NCBI GenBank assembly: GCA_964550285.1
Contig: CAZJYN010000004.1
Location: 1,950-65,949, forward strand
Length of the DNA: 64,000 nucleotides
Direction of reading: 5' to 3'
DNA from: an uncultured Rubrivirga sp.
GTDB lineage: Bacteria > Actinomycetota > Actinomycetes > S36-B12
Under the pieces are notes generated by a model. That model was not told the origin of the DNA, did not search any database, and saw only the letters and a program-made list of their open reading frames with translations. Shown in pieces: positions 35,969-45,124 of the stretch (positions within the stretch are counted from its first letter, which is position 1; each line of letters starts with the position of its first letter). The translations under genes were made by a program, and so were the position numbers.

Positions 35969-38422
35969 CTAGCGACTACGCAGGAGGTAAGCGGCTCCCG
36001 CGATAGCCAGTGCCATTGCGATCACTATCGCGAGGAACCACCCCAGCGGCAGACCCTCGAGCGCGGCCACCGATGCGGCCCCGCCACCAGCTGGCACCAG
36101 CGTCGGTACGCCGGCCGGACCCACCTGGATTGGACTTTCCGGTGTCACCGGGCTCGCGGGCCCGACTGGTGCAGCCGGTGTCACCGGGCTCGCCGGTTCG
36201 ACCGGTATCGCTTCATCAGCCGACAGCGAGTTGGCCACCGTGACGCTCACCGTCGAATTGTCGGCGATCGCGGATGTAGGCGATCCGGATACGACGGGGG
36301 TTTCCCAGGAGAACCCTGCCGGTGCCGCCGGCAATTCATTCTCGGAGACTGAGCAGGTGTATCCATTCGGCACGTTGAACACCGTGGCGGACTCACCTGC
36401 TCCGAGGGATAGCGCACCGGACAGACTCCCTGTGGTTCCCGAGCAGGTGTAGGCGACTGAGAAGGACGCCGCGAATCCTGCAGGTGCCCCGCTAAGCGTC
36501 TTGCTCACCGTCAGTGCTCCGGCACCGGATCCTGAAGCCGGAGTCACCGGAACCGAGGAGAACGTCGCCGAGTTCGCGATGTCCACCGTTGCCATCTGAT
36601 CAACCGGTACTTCCTGATCCGGCGGGGTGACGAAGTTCTTAACGATCGTCACGACGTTGCCCGGATCGGTTTCCTGATTGTTCGAATACTCCGGTGCGTT
36701 CCAGGAATACCCGGCAGGCAACGCCGGGAGCGCCCCCTCGGTAACCGTGCACTCGTATCCAGCAGGAATCGTTCCTTCGCTCGGCAGTTCGACAGTCCCG
36801 CCAGCGGAGAGCGCCGCAGAACCTGAGATGTCGGCCTCACCTTCGGACGTGCATAGATACGACACATCGAATTCCGGATCGAAGTCCACAGGCGTTCCGG
36901 TCAATGACTTGGTGATCCGCAGATTCCCCTCATCACGCATCAGCGTGTTCTCGGTTGTCACGGTCACCTTCTTCTTGCTCTTGATCTTCACCGAGTTCGA
37001 CGGTTCGAACGTGGGCTCACCGAAGGAATACCCATTCGGTGGGTTCGGCAGAGCAGGTTCGCTGACCACACAGTTCGATCCCGGACGCAGATCCGAGATC
37101 ACCGCCGACGATCCGGCATCGACGATCTGCGAGCCGGAAACATCATCCTGGCCCTTCTTGCTGCAGACATACTCCAGCGTGAACGGGCCGACGTAGCCCT
37201 CAGGACCACCCGTCAGTGTCTTCGCCAACTCCAGCTGGCCCCTACCCGGGTTGTCCTTGAATATCTCGTTCATGACCTTGACCGTGTAGGTCTTTCCTTC
37301 GGATTCGATGTCGACTTCGCCCGATCGTGGCTCGTACGAGGGATTGGCCCAGGTGAACCCGGAAATCATCGGCAACTTCTGCTCGGTGACCGCGCAGGTT
37401 GCACCTGTCGGGATACCCGAAACCGTCTCGCCCATCATCCCCGGAGCTACGTTCATCGACCCTGAATTCACGATTTCCATATCGAGCGTGCACTCATAAT
37501 CGACCGCAAAGGTGTCCGGCACCTTCGCATCGTTCGGATTTGAGAGTGCCTTGACGATCCTCAGCGAGCCCTCACTATCGAGCTCGGTGATCTCGTTCTT
37601 GGCCGCAACGGTATGCGTCCCATCGACGGATTCGATCTTGACCGAGCGCGGGTCGTAAACGACATCGGCCCACGAAAAGCCCTCGATCGGCTTCAACTCT
37701 CCTTCCGTGATCTCGCACATCGAACCAACAGGAATGCCGGACACCATCTCGCCATCCCCGCCCGGAGCAACATCTACCGAACCCGACTTCGTGGTGTCGC
37801 CATCGATTTTGCACTCGAACCCGATGGCGAAATCAGGGGGAACCGGTGCATCATCCGGATTCGACAGTTCCTTGACGATTTTCAGTGAGCCCATGGCCGG
37901 AAGGCGCCAAGCAACTGAATAGTGGCTGATTTCCTTGTCAGCCGCTGGGTACTCGAACGTGACAGTGGTTGATGGTGGTGTCACCGAAACCGTCTTTGGC
38001 CCGAGCCCTTGATTAACCGAGCCAGCCTTCACGCAGTACTCGTAGATGAGCGCTCCCTCCGGAGGCATAACCTCACTGTTGGGAACCGTCACCGACATCG
38101 GCCCATCGGGTGTGTCGATCTTCCCCGAATCCAGCGGCGGACAGACATTTTCCCCGCCTTCTGGCTCCTCAGGAGGTGAAGTCTCCTCACTTCGCTCAGG
38201 GTCTGAGGATCCTTGACTCGATTCAGGCTTCACCTCATTACTTTGGTCGACTTCAGTGAAACCGGAACCGTCAGCCTCATCGGCCTGGCCAGGCGTAGCT
38301 AGGACGAATCCCCCGAGTGCGAGTCCTAGCGCCGTTGCCAACGAGATGAAAGCGTGCGACTTCCTGAATCCTTTGCCTCGCCTCGATCGAGGGCGGGGAC
38401 GCATTGTGCTTTCCCTACTCAT
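35969..38422 (-). CDS. large surface-anchored protein built from five Cys-pair Ig-like (DUF5979-type) repeats
   Basis: Signal peptide, then an acidic Ser/Pro/Glu linker. Next come five ~105-aa modules, each of the type G.L.I.K.L......F...Y.C...........V..G....V..IP.G..C.V.E......GF.W. A Pro-rich spacer (PVEPASPVTPAAPVGPASPVTPESP) follows, then a C-terminal TM helix plus RSR tail. Confidence 0.75.
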   Translation of the reverse strand: MSRESTMRPRPRSRRGKGFRKSHAFISLATALGLALGGFVLATPGQADEADGSGFTEVDQSNEVKPESSQGSSDPERSEETSPPEEPEGGENVCPPLDSGKIDTPDGPMSVTVPNSEVMPPEGALIYEYCVKAGSVNQGLGPKTVSVTPPSTTVTFEYPAADKEISHYSVAWRLPAMGSLKIVKELSNPDDAPVPPDFAIGFECKIDGDTTKSGSVDVAPGGDGEMVSGIPVGSMCEITEGELKPIEGFSWADVVYDPRSVKIESVDGTHTVAAKNEITELDSEGSLRIVKALSNPNDAKVPDTFAVDYECTLDMEIVNSGSMNVAPGMMGETVSGIPTGATCAVTEQKLPMISGFTWANPSYEPRSGEVDIESEGKTYTVKVMNEIFKDNPGRGQLELAKTLTGGPEGYVGPFTLEYVCSKKGQDDVSGSQIVDAGSSAVISDLRPGSNCVVSEPALPNPPNGYSFGEPTFEPSNSVKIKSKKKVTVTTENTLMRDEGNLRITKSLTGTPVDFDPEFDVSYLCTSEGEADISGSAALSAGGTVELPSEGTIPAGYECTVTEGALPALPAGYSWNAPEYSNNQETDPGNVVTIVKNFVTPPDQEVPVDQMATVDIANSATFSSVPVTPASGSGAGALTVSKTLSGAPAGFAASFSVAYTCSGTTGSLSGALSLGAGESATVFNVPNGYTCSVSENELPAAPAGFSWETPVVSGSPTSAIADNSTVSVTVANSLSADEAIPVEPASPVTPAAPVGPASPVTPESPIQVGPAGVPTLVPAGGGAASVAALEGLPLGWFLAIVIAMALAIAGAAYLLRSR
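36205..37891 (-). repeat. intragenic tandem array of five divergent ~315-bp domain-encoding repeats
   Basis: Protein-level periodicity read from the translation. Module starts: GSLKIVKELS, GSLRIVKALS, GQLELAKTLT, GNLRITKSLT, GALTVSKTLS. Boundaries are approximate. Confidence 0.6.
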
Positions 38423-38768
38423 GTCTCTCCTGTGGTGTCCGAAGGCGGTGTTGCCATGGAGTCGGACCGCTCAAACGACCGCGTAGCCATCGCAGGGCGA
38501 TCCGACTAATCAACCTTCGGTCCATGAACCGCTGGTCCGCTAGCGCTGCGGGCACGGCAAGTCCAGGCAATGCCAACAAGGGCGGGGCAGACGATGACGC
38601 TCGTGTCGTCGATCCGTCGGCAAGAACTTTGGCCACTTGTCGTGGTCATGCTCAATCAGAGTTGACTTCGGCCGTGCACTGACCACTGCGCGCCTTGTCG
38701 GCAGTCAGCTTCGACCCACAGTCTCGGGACGTAAGGAAAACCGCTGAGACTTTCGGGAAGGAGCCTGC

Positions 38769-40178
38769 GTGCCGGACGGCGCACAAACACGTTCCGATCG
38801 TCAACGCCACACGCACTTGATTACGGGGACCTCGATACTCATTGCCACGGCCCTCAGCCTCCTCGCCCTCGCTTTCCTTGCATGGACGCTTGGCGCGGTT
38901 GATCAATCATCGAGCTTTTTCGGTGCACCAAGCACACCGGTGGTCATCGCAACGGCGGTCATCTTGGGGCTCGTCCTAGCAGGGGCTGTCGCCTTGGAGG
39001 CAGTAGCTGTCCTTCCGCTGCTTCGTCGATCGAATCATCACGCTGTACCGCTGGACAGCACCCGCGTAATGGATGAACACCTCACCGACCGTCCCGCTCA
39101 CCTGATCGCAGTGATTCCGGCGCATAATGAAGCGGGAACACTGCCCAGCACACTTCAAGCACTCCAGGGGCAAATCAGGACCCCCGATCAGATGGTCGTC
39201 ATTGCAGACAACTGCACCGATCAAACTACGGAAATTGCGCATCGAGCCGGGTGCACGGTTTTCCAAACACACGAAAACCATGGCCGAAAAGCCGGCGCTC
39301 TCAACCAAGGGCTCGTACGCCTGCTTCCAAACGTCGGGAATCAGGACCTCATCTTGGTCATGGATGCCGATACTCGACTGTCGCCATCGTTCATCCAGGA
39401 TGCGTTGCAAATCCTCGATATGGACCAGGGATTGAGCGCTGTCGGTGGCGTTTTCATGGGTGATTGCCGACGAGGAGTCCTTGCCCAATTGCAACGCAAT
39501 GAGTTCGCCCGGTACGCCCGGCAAATCGCTTCCCGCAGAGGTCGGGTCTTCGTTCTTACGGGTACTGCCACTGTTTTCCGCGCATCAGTGCTGAAGGAAG
39601 TCGCGGTAAATCGCGGCGGCACTCTGCCAGGAGAGTACGGATCGGTCTACGCGGAATCCTCGATCACCGAGGACAACGAGATCACTTTGGCCGTGAAGAC
39701 GCTGGGTTCCCACATCATCTCGCCTCACGTGTGCCGGGTGACCACTGAAACAATGCCCTCGCTGCGAACTCTGTGGATCCAACGTCTGCGCTGGCACCGA
39801 GGAGCACTGGAGAATCTCAGCGACTACGGAATGCAGCCCTCGACTGCTAGGTACTGGATGCAGCAATGGGGCTTGGCCTACGGGTCCATAGCCTTGCCCC
39901 TGTCGCTTATCGGGGCACTCATCATCCCGATTCTGATGGGGCAACTAGTGATCTGGCCGTTCTGGGTCCTGGTGACCGTCGCCTTTTCAATCGAACGTGG
40001 CCTATCGGCCTGGCAAACGGGATGGAAGGGCCGATTGCTTGCCCTCTCCCTCGTGCCGGAGATCGTGTACAGCTTGATACTCCAGGCTTGCTTCCTTAGG
40101 GCACTGATAGCGATGATGGCGTCGCAAACAACTGTGTGGGGTCATCTCCCAGCCGGGCAGGCCGAGGCGAATGGATGA
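38769..40178 (+). CDS. membrane-embedded processive family-2 glycosyltransferase (IcaA/PgaC/cellulose-synthase-like)
   Basis: VIPAHNEAG, VIADNCTD, MDADTRL (DxD) and QRLRWHRGALE (QxxRW). 2 N-terminal and ~4 C-terminal TM segments. GTG start with RBS GGAAGGAG. Confidence 0.85.
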   Translation: MPDGAQTRSDRQRHTHLITGTSILIATALSLLALAFLAWTLGAVDQSSSFFGAPSTPVVIATAVILGLVLAGAVALEAVAVLPLLRRSNHHAVPLDSTRVMDEHLTDRPAHLIAVIPAHNEAGTLPSTLQALQGQIRTPDQMVVIADNCTDQTTEIAHRAGCTVFQTHENHGRKAGALNQGLVRLLPNVGNQDLILVMDADTRLSPSFIQDALQILDMDQGLSAVGGVFMGDCRRGVLAQLQRNEFARYARQIASRRGRVFVLTGTATVFRASVLKEVAVNRGGTLPGEYGSVYAESSITEDNEITLAVKTLGSHIISPHVCRVTTETMPSLRTLWIQRLRWHRGALENLSDYGMQPSTARYWMQQWGLAYGSIALPLSLIGALIIPILMGQLVIWPFWVLVTVAFSIERGLSAWQTGWKGRLLALSLVPEIVYSLILQACFLRALIAMMASQTTVWGHLPAGQAEANG

Positions 40179-40429
40179 TGGCGGTCCTACTTACTGTCGT
40201 TGCCATGAACACGTTGCTCTTCTTGGGTCTGTCAGTGTCGAAGTTCGCCCCATGGCCCAAGCCCGTCCATCCAGACATGCTGCGACCACATCATGATTTG
40301 AATACGGCTCATCACCTTCAGGAACACAGGACGCCCACCCGCCCGCTCTCCCATGCTCAGCAAGCGCTCCTGGCCCTGACGATTCCCCTCCGCCTACCCG
40401 CGTGGTCCAGGAAACGATTCCTCTCTTGA
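40175..40429 (+). CDS. small membrane protein translationally coupled to the GT2 synthase
   Basis: ORF 40136..40429 trimmed to ATG 40175, which forms an ATGA overlap with the GT2 stop (40176-40178). MMAVLLTVVAMNTLLFLGLSV is an N-terminal TM helix. 84 aa. No family recognised. Confidence 0.45.
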   Translation: MMAVLLTVVAMNTLLFLGLSVSKFAPWPKPVHPDMLRPHHDLNTAHHLQEHRTPTRPLSHAQQALLALTIPLRLPAWSRKRFLS

Positions 40430-40691
40430 AATTCGAGCCTCACCCGAAGTCACACGTGGGCGCCTCAAGAGCCATCGGATGATCCCCGGCCGCTCGACGC
40501 ATGATCGTGATCATCGCTCTCCACGACTTGGACGGATATCTGCACAGCATCAATCCATGGCCGGCCACCGGCAACGCTTGTTCAATCCTGGATCCTCGAA
40601 CGCCTTGACCTCGAGCAATCATCACGGTGAACGAAGCGTCCTTGCCTCGAATTCGGGAGAAAGTTGTCGTTGTCCAGAAATTTCGGCTGAG

Positions 40692-40763
40692 AGCCGCCTC
40701 GGGGATTTGAACCCCGGACCTACGCATTACGAGTGCGTTGCTCTACCCCTGAGCTAAGGCGGC
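40692..40763 (-). tRNA. tRNA-Thr (anticodon CGU)
   Basis: The reverse strand reads GCCGCCTTAGCTCAGGGGTAGAGCAACGCACTCGTAATGCGTAGGTCCGGGGTTCAAATCCCCGAGGCGGCT. Acceptor stem GCCGCCT/AGGCGGC, D arm GCTC/GAGC. Anticodon stem ACGCA/TGCGT with loop CTCGTAA. T arm CGGGG-TTCAAAT-CCCCG. 72 nt, CCA not encoded. Confidence 0.9.
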
Positions 40764-40889
40764 CTGCCCGCGTAGCGAGCCCGGTAATGCTACCGACGGG
40801 CCTTCGGGCTTCTTGCCGACCACCCAGTTGTCGCACCTTGCGTCGCAAAAGCCCCTAATGTTCATCCGTTGCGTGCGGAGCGAGGTGGG

Positions 40890-42647
40890 ATGACGGCTAA
40901 ATCATCAGAGGTCTATCCCACAGATGCACCATGGTGGCAGCGGATGCTCGGGCCAGCCTCCCTGTCATGGCAGGCGATCATCTTCGGGGGCATCTTCAAC
41001 TTCCCCCAGATGGTGTTGACCGGTGGGAACCTCGGGGCACGAACCGTGCAGCCCGGTGAATACCCGACTATCGCGATGATTTCGGCTGCGACTGTCTTGG
41101 TCACTTTCCTTTACGGGTATCTCGGACACCTCACAGTCTTCCGAAATCGTCATATTCGGCCGGTTTCACTCACCACCTTCCTACTGTTCTACGCGATAGG
41201 GGGCTTGCTTTATTCGGTGGGAATTCAGATTTCCGATGCCGTGTCAGGATCCCCAAGCGATATCCCCTTCGCCTTGCGAGCCGTGAGCGCGATGACCGGA
41301 GGGATCGCGTGGGGCATCGCGGTCGCCCTGATCCTCGATGGCCGCTCGCGCTTTCGAACCGAGCGCGATGCGTTGATCGCGGAATTGGTGGAGGAGAAGG
41401 AACGGTCAAGCCGGCAACGCTCAGCGATTTCCGAAGGTCAGACGCGATTGCCTGACGATGTCAGCACCAACTTCGATCGACACCTGCAGCACATCCGCAG
41501 TGCCGCGGGCTCGCTTCAGGACAGTGGGCAATCGCCGGCAGGCTTGCGTCGTCTTGTTCAGGCGGTCGACAGCGCAGCGGACATAGGTGTACGTCGCTCC
41601 AGCCATGAACTCTGGGAATCCTCGCTGCGCGTCGCCGCAACCCCCCGCATCGGCGAAACCCTGCGCGCTGCAATCGCCTCACCTCGGGTTTGGCCGGGCG
41701 TCATGGCCGTCTTGGTCGGTGTCGGAGTGCCCACGGTGGCAGTGCGGAACTTCGGACTCATCTGGGGTTTGCCTGCCACCGTTCTCCTCGCTGTAGTCAC
41801 ATGGTGGTGGATGCGCTTTGTAAATCAGCGCCCGCTTTCCGCCTGGCCCACAGTCGCGTTGTCCTTCTTCGGGGTTGCCGTCGCCGTCTCGGTATTCAGC
41901 ATCGCTCCCGTGCCATTGACTCCACAGGTTCCCGGCGAAATCGGTTCCATCCTGATCGGACTCCTCGGCGGTTTCATCCTGGTTTCCTTCATCGCCACAC
42001 TGCAACGTGAACGTCGGGAAACGCTGCTCTCACTGCGGAACGGCATCCTGGACGAGGAAGCGACCCAACTCGCCGAGGCACGACAGGTGGCGGCTCTGGC
42101 TCGCCGGCTTCACGGCCCGGTGCAAAGCACGCTGCGAGTGTGCGCAGCGGAGATCGAGCGGGCCGCAGACCGCGGGGACTTGTCGGCGGTGGAAAACGCC
42201 GTGAACGAGGCGGTGCGTGCTCTCGAACATGCTACGAAGGAAGACGGGATTTCCCTCGCCAGACTGGACGAAGCGCTAGTCGGGCTAGGTGCCGCCTGGA
42301 AAGGATTCATGGAGATCACATTCGATCTGCGAGGCGGGCTGGCAGACCTTACCGACCACAATGACGTCCTGGAAGTGATCACGAATGCAGTGGCGGATGC
42401 GCATCATCATGGACAAGCGACGCGGGTGCACGTGGAAGGAGAGCGGGAAGGTAACCGGATCACATTGCGCGTGACCGACAATGGCAGCGCTGAATCGGTC
42501 GGTGCTCCTGGGCTCGGCACCCAACTGCTCCGAAACGTAGCCAGCGAGCATCGACTCTCCGTCTCACCGGATGGAGCAGTCTTGGAAGTGGTGTTCGAGG
42601 TTTCGCCTCAGGTAGCGGTCTTACCGAACCCGACCATCGAGAAGTAG
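40890..42647 (+). CDS. polytopic sensor histidine kinase (HisKA_3-type), orphan copy
   Basis: ORF from TTG 40869; ATG 40890 preferred (GGAG upstream). Two blocks of TM helices are separated by a soluble charged segment. H-box LARRLHGPVQSTL, N-box VITNAVADAHHHG, G-boxes VTDNG and GLGTQLL. Confidence 0.7.
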   Translation: MTAKSSEVYPTDAPWWQRMLGPASLSWQAIIFGGIFNFPQMVLTGGNLGARTVQPGEYPTIAMISAATVLVTFLYGYLGHLTVFRNRHIRPVSLTTFLLFYAIGGLLYSVGIQISDAVSGSPSDIPFALRAVSAMTGGIAWGIAVALILDGRSRFRTERDALIAELVEEKERSSRQRSAISEGQTRLPDDVSTNFDRHLQHIRSAAGSLQDSGQSPAGLRRLVQAVDSAADIGVRRSSHELWESSLRVAATPRIGETLRAAIASPRVWPGVMAVLVGVGVPTVAVRNFGLIWGLPATVLLAVVTWWWMRFVNQRPLSAWPTVALSFFGVAVAVSVFSIAPVPLTPQVPGEIGSILIGLLGGFILVSFIATLQRERRETLLSLRNGILDEEATQLAEARQVAALARRLHGPVQSTLRVCAAEIERAADRGDLSAVENAVNEAVRALEHATKEDGISLARLDEALVGLGAAWKGFMEITFDLRGGLADLTDHNDVLEVITNAVADAHHHGQATRVHVEGEREGNRITLRVTDNGSAESVGAPGLGTQLLRNVASEHRLSVSPDGAVLEVVFEVSPQVAVLPNPTIEK

Positions 42648-43261
42648 GCCTGCGTGATCCGCACGCGGGTGTTCGCATCAGGACCTGACTCGATGCCCAA
42701 TTGCTTAACGAGTCTTCCTATCGCCTTCGCGACACCCGGTTCGGTGACGAACGTTCGACGTGCAATCTCCGCATTGGAGTAACCCTCGGCCACCAGTCGC
42801 ATGATCTCGATTTGGTTATCGCTGAGTTTGATTCGCTCCGGTAAAAGGATTTGCCTGGGATCGAGTTTGTGATCAGCGCATGGATTCATCACTACCTGCT
42901 TAACGGTCTGGCCGAGCACGTCGGCATCACCGAGGAGCCTCTTGGACAAGTAGATCGCGCCTGTGGGTAACGGTCGGTTCGCGCCCAGGAGCCTCGGGTC
43001 CTGGTAGGACGACAACATGATCACAGCGATCGTGGGCGATATCTTGCGCAGCGCGTGGGCGCAATCGATCCCGTTCGGACCGGGCCCGAGATCGAGGTCG
43101 AGGATCGCGACATCTGGTCGATTGGACCGAACTGAGTCCAAGGCCTGAGCAGCGGCGGATGCGTCGAACACCTCGGCGAATCCGAGGTCGTGCAGGGTGC
43201 GCACCAAGAGGAATCGGGTGAAGTCGTCGTCGTCGACGACCAGGATCTTCTCCCCAGGCAT
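42608..43261 (-). CDS. NarL/LuxR-family response regulator
   Basis: REC domain (KILVVDDDD, phospho-acceptor context VAILDLDLG) plus a LuxR HTH (LSDNQIEIMRLVAEGYSNAEIARR). Start set at ATG 43261; alternative ATG at 43330. The 3' end overlaps the convergent kinase gene by 40 bp. Confidence 0.85.
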   Translation of the reverse strand: MPGEKILVVDDDDFTRFLLVRTLHDLGFAEVFDASAAAQALDSVRSNRPDVAILDLDLGPGPNGIDCAHALRKISPTIAVIMLSSYQDPRLLGANRPLPTGAIYLSKRLLGDADVLGQTVKQVVMNPCADHKLDPRQILLPERIKLSDNQIEIMRLVAEGYSNAEIARRTFVTEPGVAKAIGRLVKQLGIESGPDANTRVRITQAYFSMVGFGKTAT

Positions 43262-43354
43262 GAGGGTGACCGTAGAGCAGGCGACGGCTGAGCCGTGGGA
43301 ATCATCCGAAAAGGGGTACTGGCACCCCATCGAAGGCTGTGGGTCAGCGGCTAA

Positions 43355-45124
43355 TCAGGGCAGTTGGACGCGCACGCGGGTACCGGGCACCCCGACTCTC
43401 TCGTTCACTTCCAAGCCACCTGTGCCCACCGTTGCGAAACGTTCGAAAGCGACTCCACTGGTGCCATAACCGGGACCCAGGCCATCATCGAGAATCTCGA
43501 CCGCTATGTGACTCTCGATTTCATCCCCACTTCCACCATCGGTCGTAACCGAGATCTCGATGTTCTCGGCTTCGCCATGCCGGCATGCGTTGCGAACCGC
43601 TTCATCGATGATCGCTAGGACAGAATCGGCAACGTTCGGCTCGATGCTCGCGCGCGGACACACCACGGTGATGTTTGCCAAGGCTCGCCAAGGGTGGACG
43701 ACTTCATCGATCCGCGCCGCTAGATGTACTGGCACCGCGTTGCCCGGGGTGGAGACGATGCTGGTGGTCCAATCGATGATGCGCCGTGCGTGCTGGGCAT
43801 CGATCCCCTTACGCACCTTCTGCAATCCGGTCGCGCATGCCGCCATCGCTGCCGAATCCGAAAGCGGAGGCGTTGCTGCGAGTGCCGCCACAACCGATGC
43901 GAGTGAGGCGAATACCGCGTCCGACTCCTCCCTATGACGGACTACCGATACTTCGATATCACTCAACTGCGATTCCCGTGCCGAGATCACGGCACTGATC
44001 CAGGTGACGAGAAGAATGGAAACGATCGCCCCGGTCATCGCGAGTGCCGCGATCACGATCACGATCACCGAGGGTGTCGAGCCCGGGGATCGCAGCCAGA
44101 TAGAGCCGATTACCGCCACTACGGCTGCCCAACACGAAACCACTATGAGCGATACGGCCACGGTCGCCGAACGACGCCAGGGCAGGTGAGCGAACCAGGC
44201 GTATGCACCCGACGCAATGACCAGAGCGATCGGTAGGGCCACCGATGTGGACTCCACGATGGTTACGTTCAACCAGACCAGCAAGATCATGACCAAAAGC
44301 AAGGCGATCGGGAAGCGAAGCCTCGCCTGGAAGACCGCACGAGATTCACCGATCCAACTGACCAGGGGAAACTGAGCGGATACCTGTCGGTCGAGTTGGG
44401 CTTCGAACTGTTCGCCTGAATGTCCGTGGTGGCCTACGGAGACCTGCCACCACTGCGAGGTTGATAAACGCGTCTGCCCACTCATTTCCATGACATCTAG
44501 CCGCTCGATGACCGGCTGCATCGAAGTGTCGTCACCCAGGCGGGAGATGAAGTCACGAAGGGCACGCCTGAGGGACCACTCACTGATGCGCAACTTCTCG
44601 AGTTCGGCAAGTCGATCGATGAGCTCGATTCGTCTCTCGCGATACCTGTCGGAATGATCGAGGAGTAGGGAGGCAGGCAGGCACACCAGGAGCCCGCCCA
44701 TCAGCACGGCTATCGAGAATGCAGGACCGCTCCCCAGCGGTGGAATCGCCAGGATCGCGGCTCCAGCGGCGAAGCCCAGCAGGAAGATCACTCCGATCGA
44801 TAGGTGGAATCCCACCGCGACCGGCACCGGCACCGGATGCCGGGACCGGTTCCGCATGACAGTCACGTGGGCAAGCCAGGCATACCCGGCCACGACGACC
44901 GCAGTTGCCATCGTGATGGCGAAGACGTCCACGGCAGCTTCGATTCCGGACCTGCCCGCTGCGGAGAAGGCAGCCAAGGTCGTGGCCAGGACGACGATGA
45001 GGGCGTCCCCGATGGCGACCGCTTGCCACGAAAGGGCACGGCGGCCGCCAAGCCGGGCGCGTGTCGACGCGGCCGGCAGCAGATTCGACCCGGGCTTCGG
45101 ACTTGGTGGGTTCACAGCACACAA
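43355..45124 (-). CDS. polytopic sensor histidine kinase-like protein, paralogue of 40890..42647, cognate to the response regulator
   Basis: Same two-TM-block architecture. Shared landmarks: LSWQA, H.TV.RNR..PV, LLLD.S.R.RERR. N-box IIDEAVRNACRHGEA and G-box ILDDGLGPG. The H-box is only weakly recognisable (VVRHREESDAVFASL). Confidence 0.65.
   Translation of the reverse strand: MCAVNPPSPKPGSNLLPAASTRARLGGRRALSWQAVAIGDALIVVLATTLAAFSAAGRSGIEAAVDVFAITMATAVVVAGYAWLAHVTVMRNRSRHPVPVPVAVGFHLSIGVIFLLGFAAGAAILAIPPLGSGPAFSIAVLMGGLLVCLPASLLLDHSDRYRERRIELIDRLAELEKLRISEWSLRRALRDFISRLGDDTSMQPVIERLDVMEMSGQTRLSTSQWWQVSVGHHGHSGEQFEAQLDRQVSAQFPLVSWIGESRAVFQARLRFPIALLLVMILLVWLNVTIVESTSVALPIALVIASGAYAWFAHLPWRRSATVAVSLIVVSCWAAVVAVIGSIWLRSPGSTPSVIVIVIAALAMTGAIVSILLVTWISAVISARESQLSDIEVSVVRHREESDAVFASLASVVAALAATPPLSDSAAMAACATGLQKVRKGIDAQHARRIIDWTTSIVSTPGNAVPVHLAARIDEVVHPWRALANITVVCPRASIEPNVADSVLAIIDEAVRNACRHGEAENIEISVTTDGGSGDEIESHIAVEILDDGLGPGYGTSGVAFERFATVGTGGLEVNERVGVPGTRVRVQLP

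Noticed and set aside
38423-38768. c-di-GMP or other riboswitch upstream of the GT2 synthase
   Set aside because: I looked for GEMM-like conserved segments and found none I could recognise. Only trivial 5-bp inverted repeats are present. The region is kept as a low-interest finding pending an Rfam scan.
40440-40757. Two ORFs (95 aa minus, 92 aa plus) between the GT2 locus and the kinase gene
   Set aside because: Both run through the tRNA-Thr gene (40692..40763) and have no coding-like composition.
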